From the NCBI GenBank assembly GCA_964600735.1, contig CAZRLL010000006.1, positions 1-47,817 on the forward strand: DNA of 47,817 nucleotides, written 5' to 3'. Source of the DNA: an uncultured archaeon. Its GTDB lineage: Archaea; Asgardarchaeota; Heimdallarchaeia; Heimdallarchaeales; Kariarchaeaceae. The position numbers and the translations under genes were made by a program. Shown piece by piece: positions 1 through 11,100 of the stretch (positions are counted from its first letter, which is position 1; each line of letters begins with the position of its first letter). The notes under the pieces were generated by a model, which worked only from the letters and a program-made list of their open reading frames with translations, was not told the origin of the DNA and searched no databases.

Positions 1-54
1 AATTTGTATAACTTTATCTAAATAATCATAATATTGGTTTAACTGTCACAAACC
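1..54. repeat. Copy A of a 54-bp repeat (cut by the window edge); probable terminus of an unidentified repeated or mobile element extending leftwards
   Basis: The reverse complement of 1-54 matches 972-1025 at 49/54 positions (hand alignment). The GGTTTGTGACAG end of the repeat coincides with the premature end of the DUF2461 ORF. Confidence 0.7.
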
Positions 55-404
55 CCACCACCAAGCATGATATTCTTTGGTGATATCTGGATGTAATAAC
101 CGGGCTGGTTTGGAGATGTTCGTCCCCCATTTTTAAAACTCGCAGATATATGAGTTTTATATGGTGTTTTGTCCTTAGTAAAACGAAGATCTCTATTTAT
201 TCGAAATATTGCTTCTTTGGGTGAACTGTGAAAATCAGGCTCAATTTCTCCCAATCGAAAAATTATTTCTTCAACTAATTTTTTAAAGGGTTCTCTAACA
301 TTATTCTCATAATTTTTTTTATTTTTGTGAAACCACTCTCTTTTGTTATTTTTGGACAGTTTCTCAAGAAATAAAATTGTATCTTTTGACAGATAGCTCA
401 TCAA
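39..404 (-). pseudogene. DUF2461 (TIGR02453) family protein, 3'-truncated (N-terminal ~115 aa only)
   Basis: Family-typical N-terminal half: NNKREWFHKNKKNYENNVREPF, FRINRDLRFTKDKTPYKTH, PGYYIQISP..MLGGG. The reading frame then runs into the repeat and stops after 4 codons (VCDS*). Full-length members are roughly twice this size. Confidence 0.7.
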
Positions 405-485
405 ATTGGAAGAAAATTAAAACTTTAAAAATCTTTAATTTGTGGCCAAAATTTCAGGAATTAGTCTAACTTGTAAGAATGTCTT

Positions 486-716
486 TTAATCTACTGCAAT
501 CATTGTCATTGTTGAACGAATTTTTTTAATTGTTCTCAGTTTATCAGAAACGCTCTTTTTTAACGTATCTGGATCGTTTGCAACAATTTTGACGATTAAA
601 TCATAAATACCGTATACTAGATGTACGATCTCGACTTCTGGTATTTTTTGTAATTCTTCCATTACTTCCTCTTCCGCTGCTACTTCGGTGTTGATAAGAA
701 TAAATGCTACAGCCAT
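486..716 (-). CDS. Stand-alone Lrp/AsnC ligand-binding (RAM) domain protein
   Basis: 76 aa. AFILINTE...VMEELQKIPEVEIVHLVYGIYDLIVKI...LRTIKKIRSTMTMI is the beta-alpha-beta-beta-alpha-beta pattern typical of small AsnC_trans_reg proteins. Confidence 0.65.
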   Translation of the reverse strand: MAVAFILINTEVAAEEEVMEELQKIPEVEIVHLVYGIYDLIVKIVANDPDTLKKSVSDKLRTIKKIRSTMTMIAVD

Positions 717-971
717 ATCTTCCTCTCCTGTTAGTAATTAACAAGCAAGTTATGAATAATATTAACCTCATTATAGATTTCGCATAGATAATATAATTTC
801 GTCATGGAAATGATTAAAAATTTACAATTCAAGATCTGTTTCTTCGATTTAAATAATTAATCATGGCTTAGATATTTCTCCTTCAGCATCAGCTTATATT
901 CTTTGCTTAATTTGCACCATTAACGTCAGTCGATAAAAAATCTAGGCAAATCAATCATTTACGTTTTTAGA

Positions 972-1025
972 GGTTTGTGACAGTTATACCAATATTATGA
1001 CTATTTAGAATAAGTTATAAAAATT
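972..1025. repeat. Copy B of the 54-bp repeat, inverted relative to copy A
   Basis: GGTTTGTGACAGTTATACCAATATTATGACTATTTAGAATAAGTTATAAAAATT matches the reverse complement of 1-54 with 5 mismatches. Confidence 0.7.
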
Positions 1026-1318
1026 CAAAAAAAATATAAGTAGACTTTGATCCCTGCTACATGATTTTCCGTTTTCTCTACCTAGGTGGAATGAAATATA
1101 CAGATTAGTACCTGATTATAAAGATTTGAATGAACGGTTCAAAGTAAGAAATGAATATCCTAACAAATTATGTGAAAATTCGAAATTAGACATTTTGGAC
1201 ACTACTAGAACTTAGTATGAAATAAGCCTGAACGCATACTATGATAACTAACTAAATCAGTCATTTAGTCGGTGATTTAAATAAAATACATCATCACTTT
1301 AGAATACGGTTTCCAAGA

Positions 1319-1567
1319 TCAGGATTCTGAAAGTTTGGAATGTGTTCCGTCACAATATGGTTGATTTCCGGTTCTCTTGCATTGACAGAGAGCGACCTTC
1401 TTCTTTTCTTCGAGGGTGAATTCAATTGGTAAAAAACTGGTTGTTTTGTGAGATCCATCACAAAATGGTTGTTTGGCCGAGAGGCCACATTTGCACCAAT
1501 AATAGGTACCAGGTTCTAGTTCCATAACTGAGGGTTTTTTCGCAGCGATTGTTGGTAATTTGTCCAT
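1319..1567 (-). CDS. CDGSH-type iron-sulfur domain protein (two CDGSH motifs)
   Basis: Two copies of the C-x-C-x8-9-C-D-G-[ST]-H motif: CKCGLSAKQPFCDGSH and CQCKRTGNQPYCDGTH. Confidence 0.85.
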   Translation of the reverse strand: MDKLPTIAAKKPSVMELEPGTYYWCKCGLSAKQPFCDGSHKTTSFLPIEFTLEEKKKVALCQCKRTGNQPYCDGTHSKLSES

Positions 1568-2086
1568 TCATATGCACCTTTGTTTAGCTAATGTAGATAT
1601 TTTTATTATATCAGATAGCTTGTTAGTACTTGCTTTTTTTTTATATTACTTAATAAATACTCTAAAGGAGAAAATAATTGTTATAATACTTCATTTTTTT
1701 AATTTTTCAGTCATCCTTACCTATAACAACGATTAAGTACTGTTACTAGGAAATAAATTATTCCAGAGTGATTTCAGTGTTTTTTTAGATTTTGTTTGCT
1801 TATGATTTGGAAGATGTTTTGAATAATCGATGTCGATTCTGAGCCTTCCTCCCATGTGATTAAGAAAATATTTCAAGATATTGGATTTTAAGAGAAATGT
1901 AATGAATTGTGGAACCTGTGGCAAGTCACTAAATCGTGGTGATTCGCCAAATAAAAAGAATAATTATAAATTATTTAAATTGATTTTCTCTAATATAACA
2001 TTAAACTAAATTAAATATTCTTCTGTGATCATTGTAAATATAATATAACTAATTGTATTTATAGCAAAAAATATAATTTTAAATAA

Positions 2087-5071
2087 ATGGTCACCTATGT
2101 TTGGATATCAATCCAAAGTGATGCAGGAATCACCATGGGTGAACTCGGTCGGTTACCATCAGACACCGATACCACACTAATTGCTGCAACTCTGATGGCG
2201 TTGAAGGATATAGTTTCAATCGAAGCCTCCTCAGGTGAATCTCAATTTATGACTGGTGAGGTTGAAACATCCTCATTCGGAACATTTGCAATCCCTATAA
2301 ACGAACAATCAAAATTAATTTTATCATATATCATATCTGCTGATACCGGAGAAACAGTTGACGCCTCTCAAGTAAAACTAATACAATCTCTAACCAATCA
2401 TCTTGGCAAACAACTGACTCAATTCAGCTTTATTACAGTATTTATGACATCCGGGGCAGTAATTAATCGAACAGTTGTTACCAAGGCATTTATCAATGCC
2501 TGCACCATTGTGAGGATGGAATTCAATCTGCCAACAGATGAAAGAAGATTGAAATCTGGTTATAACTCGGTAATTGAAAAATTATTTCAAAAGAAAGAAA
2601 ATATGCTAGAGGCTTATAATTACATTCTTGGTGATGGTTGGCAAGAAAATCCAGATATGTGGCATTCTGGCTTACTTCTGGCTGAAGAAAGGGAAAAAAT
2701 TATTGTTGGTTTATCGGAGTATATTGTATTTTTACTTGCAAATCAATCCCCCCTCTTGTTCTTATACTCACCCAATCCGAGAAACGAACAAAAAATTGTC
2801 TTAGATCTTCTACGGGAAGAAATAAGTTTAATTAAAAGTAATAGCCAGGAACCAATCGTTGAAGCATTACCTGATATAATTAAAAAGAATTTAAAAAGGT
2901 TTATTGGACGATTAACACTATCTAACATGCACCAAGCCAGTAGACTAATGTTTGATCACTTTGTCAGAAAAGCGTATGTTGAGACGATTAACAATAATCC
3001 TTTAATAGTATTCATTTCCCCTGATCTGCAATTAATCCAGCAAAAATACAAGGAATTACTACCTAGCACCAGTTATGATAATGTAGCTACAATATTGAAA
3101 AGATCATTAAATACAGCGATGAATGAGAGAAGTTATCAATACACGGCTTCGTTTTATGATGGATTTATCAATGAACTTTCAGATACTAATATAACTCAAT
3201 CAGCGATGGCGTTTCTAGTTTCATTTGCTCAGCAATTTGTATCTGGTAAGGAATTAAGAGACAACTTACAAGCCCAACCAAACATCAAGAAGAGCTGGAT
3301 AAGAGATATAATTAAGCATATCAGTCCCAAATCTGGATTAAAATCAATAAAACAACTAAAAGTCGATTCGATAAACGATGCGATCGAATTGACCAATGCA
3401 GCTGGATATTCTATTGTTAATACTATTGCAACAATGCTATCAGATCAATTCTTGCTATCCAATAACAAAGTCGGTTATATTCTTCGAAAAACGATAGAAT
3501 TTTATCAATCTATGGGTGTTTTAATCAAGACTTCATCCACCTTAGTTGGAATCCTAGAGCAAGTCGCAACACTTAGATTTAGATCTGAACTAATCACTCC
3601 ATTATATCAGGATCTCATAGGTGCACTAATTATTCGTGGCAATTATGAATTGTATAACGAAGATACAGTCTATAAAATTATCAAAAAGAAAGGGCTATAT
3701 TATATTCAAGATGGTGATCATTCAAAATTATTTGTAAACTTCATCAATGAAAAGACCGATATCATGTTGAAAGCAGCAGAACTCGATCCGTTTAAGGTAA
3801 AATTATCCGAAATAGATGTTGAATTATTCAATCGCCTAGTTGATAGTCCAGAAATTATTATCGATGGTATTAAATTTTCTGTAGAAAGACGAATACAGCA
3901 ACAGGCGGCTCAGCCTTTTAATGAATGGTATAATGAGATTGAAAAGCTGATTAACGAATTAATTGTAGTATTGAATAAGGCAAAAGATCCAAATAAGGTT
4001 AAAACTCACATTTCTTCCCAATTCTCATTACCGAGATTAAATTACATACCGGACAGACTGGATGAAAAATTAGATCGATTTATTGAAGAAATCGTTGATA
4101 AAATCGAACAAATCTGGGAAGATAATAAGAATAAGATGAAGGAGATTATCAGTTCATCAACCACCAGGTCATTTAAGAAAGACAGTAAAAAAATCCAGAA
4201 ACTATCTGAACTAATATTAAAATCTCTAGCCAAAATCACAACCGACCTTGAGAAAACTACTAATGCCCTGATTAAGGAGATACATGACAGTGCAAAATCT
4301 TTGAAAAAACAACTCAAGGAGATATTAGATCCAACATTTGGCGAGATTCTTAAATATCAAAGAGAAAAAGGTTCCTTGTTGTTATCAATGGAAGAAGCAG
4401 TGAGTGACTTGACTTTATTGTATAGTAAATACAAGGAATTCAGCAGTGATCAATTTGAACGCTTATTGCTTAGTATATCACTCACATTATTTGAAAAACC
4501 TCCAGATGTACTGCTCGATTATGCCTATAATGAAGTAATCTCTGGTAAATTATCCAATTCGGTAAAATTAGCACTAAATAAAGGTGATACTAAGGAAGAT
4601 TTCGAGCTGATATTGAAAAGTCAAGCACATGAATTCTCTTCCAATATATTTACTGGACTTTCGGAGATAATATCTCGAATTAACGATATATATGTATCAA
4701 GAGATAGTATTGTAACAACCGATAGAGGAAAAGCTGCACTGCATATGGGTCGAATACCACTATCCAAATATCCTAAGACACAACTAATGAATGAGCTTTT
4801 AAATTTTGAAGAAATTAATTTCACTCGGGAGACCAGTGATTGGTCAATTTCTTTATCAATTGCACATCTAGAGAATTTCGAATCAGAAGAACCAACCATA
4901 GTAACTTTTTCTGATGCGGCAGGTTATATTCACAGAAACCTATTCATCAAGGAAGTAGGTCAGGTATTCGAGGCGTTGTCAATAGTTGCAGCAATGATTG
5001 AACCCGATGCTGGTAAAAAAGTAAATAAATTTTGGAATAATTTAACTGATACCATATTTTCATTGGTATAA
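2087..5071 (+). CDS. Large hypothetical protein (994 aa): N-terminal longin/roadblock-like module plus a long, apparently helical region
   Basis: Uninterrupted 2985-nt ORF in AT-rich DNA. The first ~115 aa share the strand-hairpin / helix / three-strand pattern seen in three other ORFs of this window. The rest is rich in K/E/L/I, with no motif I recognise. Confidence 0.8.
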   Translation: MVTYVWISIQSDAGITMGELGRLPSDTDTTLIAATLMALKDIVSIEASSGESQFMTGEVETSSFGTFAIPINEQSKLILSYIISADTGETVDASQVKLIQSLTNHLGKQLTQFSFITVFMTSGAVINRTVVTKAFINACTIVRMEFNLPTDERRLKSGYNSVIEKLFQKKENMLEAYNYILGDGWQENPDMWHSGLLLAEEREKIIVGLSEYIVFLLANQSPLLFLYSPNPRNEQKIVLDLLREEISLIKSNSQEPIVEALPDIIKKNLKRFIGRLTLSNMHQASRLMFDHFVRKAYVETINNNPLIVFISPDLQLIQQKYKELLPSTSYDNVATILKRSLNTAMNERSYQYTASFYDGFINELSDTNITQSAMAFLVSFAQQFVSGKELRDNLQAQPNIKKSWIRDIIKHISPKSGLKSIKQLKVDSINDAIELTNAAGYSIVNTIATMLSDQFLLSNNKVGYILRKTIEFYQSMGVLIKTSSTLVGILEQVATLRFRSELITPLYQDLIGALIIRGNYELYNEDTVYKIIKKKGLYYIQDGDHSKLFVNFINEKTDIMLKAAELDPFKVKLSEIDVELFNRLVDSPEIIIDGIKFSVERRIQQQAAQPFNEWYNEIEKLINELIVVLNKAKDPNKVKTHISSQFSLPRLNYIPDRLDEKLDRFIEEIVDKIEQIWEDNKNKMKEIISSSTTRSFKKDSKKIQKLSELILKSLAKITTDLEKTTNALIKEIHDSAKSLKKQLKEILDPTFGEILKYQREKGSLLLSMEEAVSDLTLLYSKYKEFSSDQFERLLLSISLTLFEKPPDVLLDYAYNEVISGKLSNSVKLALNKGDTKEDFELILKSQAHEFSSNIFTGLSEIISRINDIYVSRDSIVTTDRGKAALHMGRIPLSKYPKTQLMNELLNFEEINFTRETSDWSISLSIAHLENFESEEPTIVTFSDAAGYIHRNLFIKEVGQVFEALSIVAAMIEPDAGKKVNKFWNNLTDTIFSLV

Positions 5072-5188
5072 TTACCAATCATACAAAAAGGGTACATAGT
5101 TTTTTCCCTCAAGATGCTTATATTTTGAGATGACAAAAAAACTAATTGAAAATTCAAATTTTTAAAGATTTCAATTTTTTGTCACCAT

Positions 5189-6055
5189 CTACTTTCTTTT
5201 CAAAAAATTTACGATTATTTCATTGACCTCATACGATTTTTCATATTGAACAGCATGTCCAGCATCTATTATTGGAAAAAATTTCACATTTGGGATTAAT
5301 TCCTCTACTTTCTTGTGATTTTTAAATGGTAATACCAGATCCTTATCACCCCAGATTAGAAGGGTTGGTTTCTTAAGTTTTCCAAATAGTTCGTATTCGT
5401 ACATCAAATCAGCCATGGGAAAATTGTTAATTGTTGATAATATGGCTCTCCTAAATCCCTTGTAGATCATTTGGTTCTGGTAATCCCCCTTTATTTTCTC
5501 ATAATCATCTGGAAACTTATAATAATCCCCAGATAAATCATTTATTAAGAGATCATTCCCAAATAATCTAAAGAGTAACCGGTTAAGCAATGGAATTTTA
5601 AGAAATAAAGATCCAAATGCAGATGGCAAAGGTAGACCAGCTGGGGCGATTAGTATTAACTTTTGAACTAGATCCGGATGTTTCCTAGAGAAAATAACGG
5701 CAATCGCTCCTCCCATTGATAATCCTATCAAAATAATTTTTTTATCAGTTAATTCCAGTTTATTTAATAACTCATTCAGTTGGTCAACAAATAAATTTTC
5801 ATCATATTTTGTTTTTGGCCTATCAGAGTATCCACGACCATACAAATCATATCTCAATGCCCGATATCCATTTTTAACTAGGTAATCGAAATTTTTTTCC
5901 CAATAGAATGAAGGAACAGAAAACCCATGTACAAACACAACCAGTCTACCCTCTCCAGAAAGTTGATAGTGAGTATATCCCATCGATAATTCAATAAAGT
6001 CACCAGGGGCATTTTTTCTAGTTTCCGAGTTTAAAGAAAGATTTTCAAATTTCAT
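5189..6055 (-). CDS. Alpha/beta-fold hydrolase
   Basis: HGFSVPSFYWEK (HG oxyanion region), GLSMGGAIA (GxSxG nucleophile elbow), C-terminal IDAGHAV (catalytic His). Confidence 0.85.
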   Translation of the reverse strand: MKFENLSLNSETRKNAPGDFIELSMGYTHYQLSGEGRLVVFVHGFSVPSFYWEKNFDYLVKNGYRALRYDLYGRGYSDRPKTKYDENLFVDQLNELLNKLELTDKKIILIGLSMGGAIAVIFSRKHPDLVQKLILIAPAGLPLPSAFGSLFLKIPLLNRLLFRLFGNDLLINDLSGDYYKFPDDYEKIKGDYQNQMIYKGFRRAILSTINNFPMADLMYEYELFGKLKKPTLLIWGDKDLVLPFKNHKKVEELIPNVKFFPIIDAGHAVQYEKSYEVNEIIVNFLKRK

Positions 6056-6249
6056 ATACTGTTATTTAAACGAAACTTATTAGGATTTATTACCGGATTC
6101 CATAAGATTGAATAATCCAAAACTCCAGTGTGAATTCCCAACTTTATCCATTTTCCAAATCCCTTTTGAGTTGGAAAGATTAAGAATTTTGTTGATAAAT
6201 TTCAAACTACCATGAATTAAGTAATAAATTTCTCTTAATTAATAAAATT

Positions 6250-7392
6250 ATGATTTCATCCAGAGTAAAAAACACAAATTCACCACCACTTGTAAAACTA
6301 GGCGAACTTGCAAACCAAACAAAAGACTGTATAAAACTAAGTCAGGGAGTACCCTACTATCAACCACCTAATGATTTATTACAAGAATTGGTATCTGATA
6401 TCTCGAATCCCAATATACATCGGTATACGATGATTCACGGCATTATTGAGTTAAAAACAGCATTGGCTGAAAAGCTATCCCAAGAAAACACAATTAAATC
6501 AAATAAAGATGAGATCACAATCACACCCGGTGCCAATCAGGCTTTTGTAAATACGTTATTTACTCTAACCGATCCCGGGGACAAGGTGATCCTACTATCA
6601 CCTTATTATTTCAATCACCATATGGCATGTAGCCTTGGTAACTTGGAAACTACATTGATCCCATTAAATTCAGATTACCAAATTCCCTATGATCGATTAT
6701 CAAATGCTGTCAAGGATGGCGCAAAAGCAGTTGTAATTGTAAATCCGGGCAATCCAACTGGAATCGTCTATAAAAAAAATGATATCAACATGTTTACAGA
6801 GCTTCTTGCAGAAAATGACATCTGGCTAATCAGTGATGAGACCTATGAATATTTTACCTACCAAAACACAGAACATATCTCAATTGCCTCAATTCCAGAG
6901 ATTGCGGACCATGTAATCACGATTGGGAGTTTTTCCAAAACTTTTGGAGTGCCGGGGTGGCGATTAGGATTTGTTCATGCAAATACCGAATTTACCACAC
7001 AATCTATGAAGGTACAGGATACGACTGGAATATGTGCCCCAGCGATTTCCCAATATTTAGGTTTGAAATTGCTAGAAAATCGAGACAAACTAATTCCGAA
7101 ATTCAAGAGATTAATGGAGAATAATCATAATATTGCTAAAGATTTACTGGAGGAGGTAAAATGGTTAGAACCAGAAAATGGTAAAGGTGCCTATTATCTT
7201 TTCCCAAAACAGACCACGGGTAAATCGACTATAAAACTGGCTAATAAGTTAATTATAGAAAATAAGGTTGCGTTAGTACCAGGTGTCAGTTTTGGAGAGG
7301 GTTGGGAAGAACATCTAAGGATATCATTCGCTAATGTTTCTCCTGAAATGTTAAAGGAAGCATTTTCCAGAATAAAAAATTTTCCCATCTAG
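6250..7392 (+). CDS. Pyridoxal-phosphate-dependent aminotransferase, class I/II (aspartate/aromatic type)
   Basis: VIVNPGNPTG motif. SFSKTFGVPGWRLGF carries the PLP-binding Lys. Size is typical at 380 aa. Confidence 0.85.
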   Translation: MISSRVKNTNSPPLVKLGELANQTKDCIKLSQGVPYYQPPNDLLQELVSDISNPNIHRYTMIHGIIELKTALAEKLSQENTIKSNKDEITITPGANQAFVNTLFTLTDPGDKVILLSPYYFNHHMACSLGNLETTLIPLNSDYQIPYDRLSNAVKDGAKAVVIVNPGNPTGIVYKKNDINMFTELLAENDIWLISDETYEYFTYQNTEHISIASIPEIADHVITIGSFSKTFGVPGWRLGFVHANTEFTTQSMKVQDTTGICAPAISQYLGLKLLENRDKLIPKFKRLMENNHNIAKDLLEEVKWLEPENGKGAYYLFPKQTTGKSTIKLANKLIIENKVALVPGVSFGEGWEEHLRISFANVSPEMLKEAFSRIKNFPI

Positions 7393-7706
7393 AATTATTC
7401 GCAATATTATGTTAGATATTTGTGATAATAATCAGAGTTGTGAATTACTTAATTTGAAATCATTCCTGTTATTCTTGTTCCATCTGGTATTGTGATTTTA
7501 TTTGTAATTTTTTTTGCCCTATAATCTATTTTATATTAGAAATAAAGGTATTTTTAAGCGGGAAATAATTCCTGACTATTTTACAAATCACTAAAACCAA
7601 AAAAACTTTATATTGTCGATTATGGTGATAAAACGGCGAATGATTGACCTTTTTATTCAATAATTGATCGATCATTTTTTCAAATATAATGTAGCAACTA
7701 GGTACA

Positions 7707-8069
7707 GTGTCATCAAATTTCTTCAAGAACCTAAAAAATTTGTTCAAGAAGAAACCTCCACAACCTAAGACACCAAGGAAGAAAGTTCAGATACAGCTAA
7801 AAACTATTCAATCTTCATTTAATGAAGCACTCGCCCAACTTGATAATACATTAGAAAGATCCGATCTCTTAAGTCATACTCGATCTGTAGGTCGACAAAT
7901 TCGACAATATGCATTTCGGTTTCAAGAATTACAATTTATTAGGTTAAATCAAGCCAGATTAAATTCAATATCCTCTCCGTTGATCGATCCAGATGATTTC
8001 TCGCTCTGGGTGAACTGGGAAATGAAGAATTTGACTGAAAAGATGCAAGAATTTAACTTAACCGTATGA
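7707..8069 (+). CDS. Hypothetical small protein with a basic N-terminus (GTG start assumed)
   Basis: 120-aa ORF co-directional with and 128 nt upstream of the 1069-aa ORF. KKKPPQPKTPRKK tract. No ATG near the 5' end, so the start is uncertain. Confidence 0.4.
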   Translation: MSSNFFKNLKNLFKKKPPQPKTPRKKVQIQLKTIQSSFNEALAQLDNTLERSDLLSHTRSVGRQIRQYAFRFQELQFIRLNQARLNSISSPLIDPDDFSLWVNWEMKNLTEKMQEFNLTV

Positions 8070-8197
8070 TTTTACATTCTTAAAATACAGGAAGTTTTAG
8101 TAAATTAATTTAATTACTCACCGATTATTTAATCAGTATAATTTTTATCTTAATGAATTACACATAAATGCTTAGCATTTTGGGAGAGCTATTCTGA

Positions 8198-11100
8198 ATG
8201 ACAATTGAACGTTCAATTATTAGATTAATTATTCCTACAGAAAGCAGTCCTGCAATAGAACCTTATCTAGAAATATTCTGGTATGGTCGCCATCCAGGAG
8301 ATAGGGCGGAATCAACTATCTTATCATATATTAAAAGCAAAAGATCTATAGAGGAAGATAATTTCTCCCATTTTCTAACAATTGAGGGTGAACTTGTATT
8401 TATCTATTGGAATCAGAATATTAATGCTGGTACGGCATTGCTCCTTGATGTCCTAGCTATTTTGCTTTGGAGTCATTATGTCTGGCACTTTCACAGCTTA
8501 AATCCTGCAAATTGGGATGACTTTTTTGAATCTTATAATAATTTAACTTTTGACGAATCGACCCCAACTCATGAGAAAATAATTGACCCTAGTTGGTTAC
8601 AAAAATCACTTGAAGGAGGATCAATTGAATTTAAATCAGATAATCGAGAAGTATTTGTTAATGGTATTCGGCAGTTCCTAGAAACCTTCCCTTGGTCTTC
8701 ATTCTTGATAAAAAGTGGATCTATTTCTGGTAATATTACTGAATTGAGTTTTATATCAGGAGATATTAGTCAAGAAGTACCGTATTCTGAAATATTCATA
8801 AGTTTAGCTGGTGAGTCACAGGACGAATTTTGGGAATTAATCACCAAATCGATTATTTTGATGGTCAATTTGCCTTCAGAACAAAGGTTAGCATCTATCC
8901 GTGAATCTCTTGCAGTTATACATGTGGTAACCAATAAGAATTTGGAATTAAAAGAACGATTATTGGGATTGAATACACATTTATCCTATATATTAAAATT
9001 TGACACTGATTTTTCATTAAATTATATCAGTCAGGTTTTAACTGAAGTATCCAGCGTATCACCAGATTATGATAATGCAAAGATGCTACTTGATACTGCT
9101 GAAAGTTTGTTTACAGAAAATTTAATAGAATTAGCCAAATTAACTGAGGGTACCGCTTTGCAAATCGCTTTTTCATTAGGATCTTCAGATGAAAAGGGTG
9201 AAATTATTTTGGAATTGGTAAATCGATCTAAAATCTGGGGTACAGATCATCTATCCGGGTTCATTAATAGCTTGACTGGAATACTTAGTGAAACCGATGA
9301 GGATAAGAAATTACTAGAGAAAATTGCAGATTCCTGTTCAGATCTACTGATAGAGTCATGGGATGGATTGTTGTGTCTAGTGCAAACCAATCTAATCTTG
9401 GGAAAAGTGATGAAAGCTATCGAGTTGAGATATTCTGCAGTAAAAAAATCTGGAGATCCATATTTGCAAGCAGAGGATACTTTTAATGCTTCAATTTGGG
9501 CTTTAGGATTGGATGGTTATGATGAGGAAAGTTTCTCCCAACTAACCTTAAAGCAATTTGAAGATGTAATAATCCATTTTCCGGAGGGTGAAATATTCCA
9601 AAATATGGTTAAAAATTTTGTAAATAGTTGTATAGAAAATCGCAAGTTCGGGGTTTTAGATAATTTTATACAATGGTTCGAGGTTAATTTAAATAGCATT
9701 GCTATCACCGATCGCCTTCCCCTCCTGCAAATGATGTATGACATTATCTCAGAAAAAGTAGAACTAATAAAATTGAAAGTCCCTGTAGTTCTATTGTTAT
9801 TCGCTCAATTATTGGAAGAAAACAAACCAGAAAATTTTGAATTAGCTGATAATCTATTGCGTTCCATTTATAATTTGATCGATCCGAATGAAGAGGATTA
9901 TAAAGAACTAATAAGCCAAATTACGAGTTCGTTAGTCATCTCTTCTAGTAAATACGGAGAGTGGGAATTGATTGAAGAGGCAAGAAAGAGATTTACTCTA
10001 ATGGTGAATGATGAAGAGTTTTCTCGATCAACGATGCTGAAAATATTCATTTCCGGCGGAAATGAGAGGATGAAGTTAGATAAATCCCAGCTCGAAAGCA
10101 ACGATATTGGTTTAAGACTTTATGAGATCGCTATTGATCTATCCTTTTTCGAATCTGATGCTGAAATTGTGGTTGCCTTTCTACCAAATGCAAAAAAATT
10201 AGCACTTGAAATATTATCAATTGATAAGTTTATCAATTTTTCAGCTTTGGAATCCCAGTTAAGGAAATCGATGTCAGTACCATGGATTGATACAATGGTA
10301 ACTTCTGCAAAAGAATTACTGGAACGAATGCATCTTGAAGGTGCAAATTACCTATTTTCAGAAGCCCTAAAATTTGATTTATATAACGAAGAAGAATATG
10401 ATCTATTATTTAATCAGGTGGCTTTGGTTGAGGTTGAACCCGATTTTATTACAGCAGATGAAATCTTTAGTAAAAGGAACCGACTAATAGAAATATCAAC
10501 GAGTAATGAAGGGATAGCAGAAGTTCCAGAGATTTTAGATCATTATAGAAACGGGGTTTCTGAATTAATCCTTAAAGGGGATGAAATACATCTAAATGAT
10601 TTTCTTTTAAATGCGATTGCTTTCAGTATTGAAAAACAATTAACAGCAATCGAGGAATTTAGAAATATTCTTCTAGACACATTTTTGAGTACTATTGGTA
10701 ATTATGAAACTACTAGAAGCCAAGAAATATATTTAGAACTTATTAAAACGTTCAGGAAAGTAATAACAACATTTCAATCAAAGAGTATTGATTTAGTTAT
10801 GAGAATGGCGAATAAATTAATTCAGACCAATGTAAAACTAGCTGATCAAACAAATGCGATTTTATACCTTCGAAGAGCCCAACTAATTGCTAATGAAATT
10901 GGTTTTGTCATCAAACATGCTAGTAATGAGAATATTGCTTTGGATATTGAAGAAAAGTCTCAATTAGATCAAGAATATCAGAAGCTAATAAAACTGCTTA
11001 AAAAATATAATCCGTCATTTGGATTAATTGATCTGGTATTGTATTCCACCAGTTATTACTATAACACTAATGATGATACTAAAATGTTTAATTTACTCGA

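Noticed and set aside
1294-1488. 64-aa same-strand ORF overlapping the CDGSH gene in another frame
   Set aside because: The overlapping frame carries two perfect CDGSH motifs. This ORF has none and is basic and low-complexity.
2743-4899. Antisense ORFs inside the 994-aa gene (2743-2928, 4042-4317, 4621-4899). The same kind occurs inside other long genes: 9517-9744, 9898-10101, 11059-11271, 12330-12581, 14226-14552, 14980-15162, 16178-16447, 19883-20248, 27606-27821, 28169-28423, 32006-32266, 32888-33226, 34337-34546, 37959-38189, 40422-40631, 43367-43579, 45773-45994, 46656-46943, 47489-47737.
   Set aside because: They lie entirely within longer ORFs that have recognisable motifs or much greater length. 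Their translations are low-complexity S/L/I/F-rich strings typical of shadow frames.
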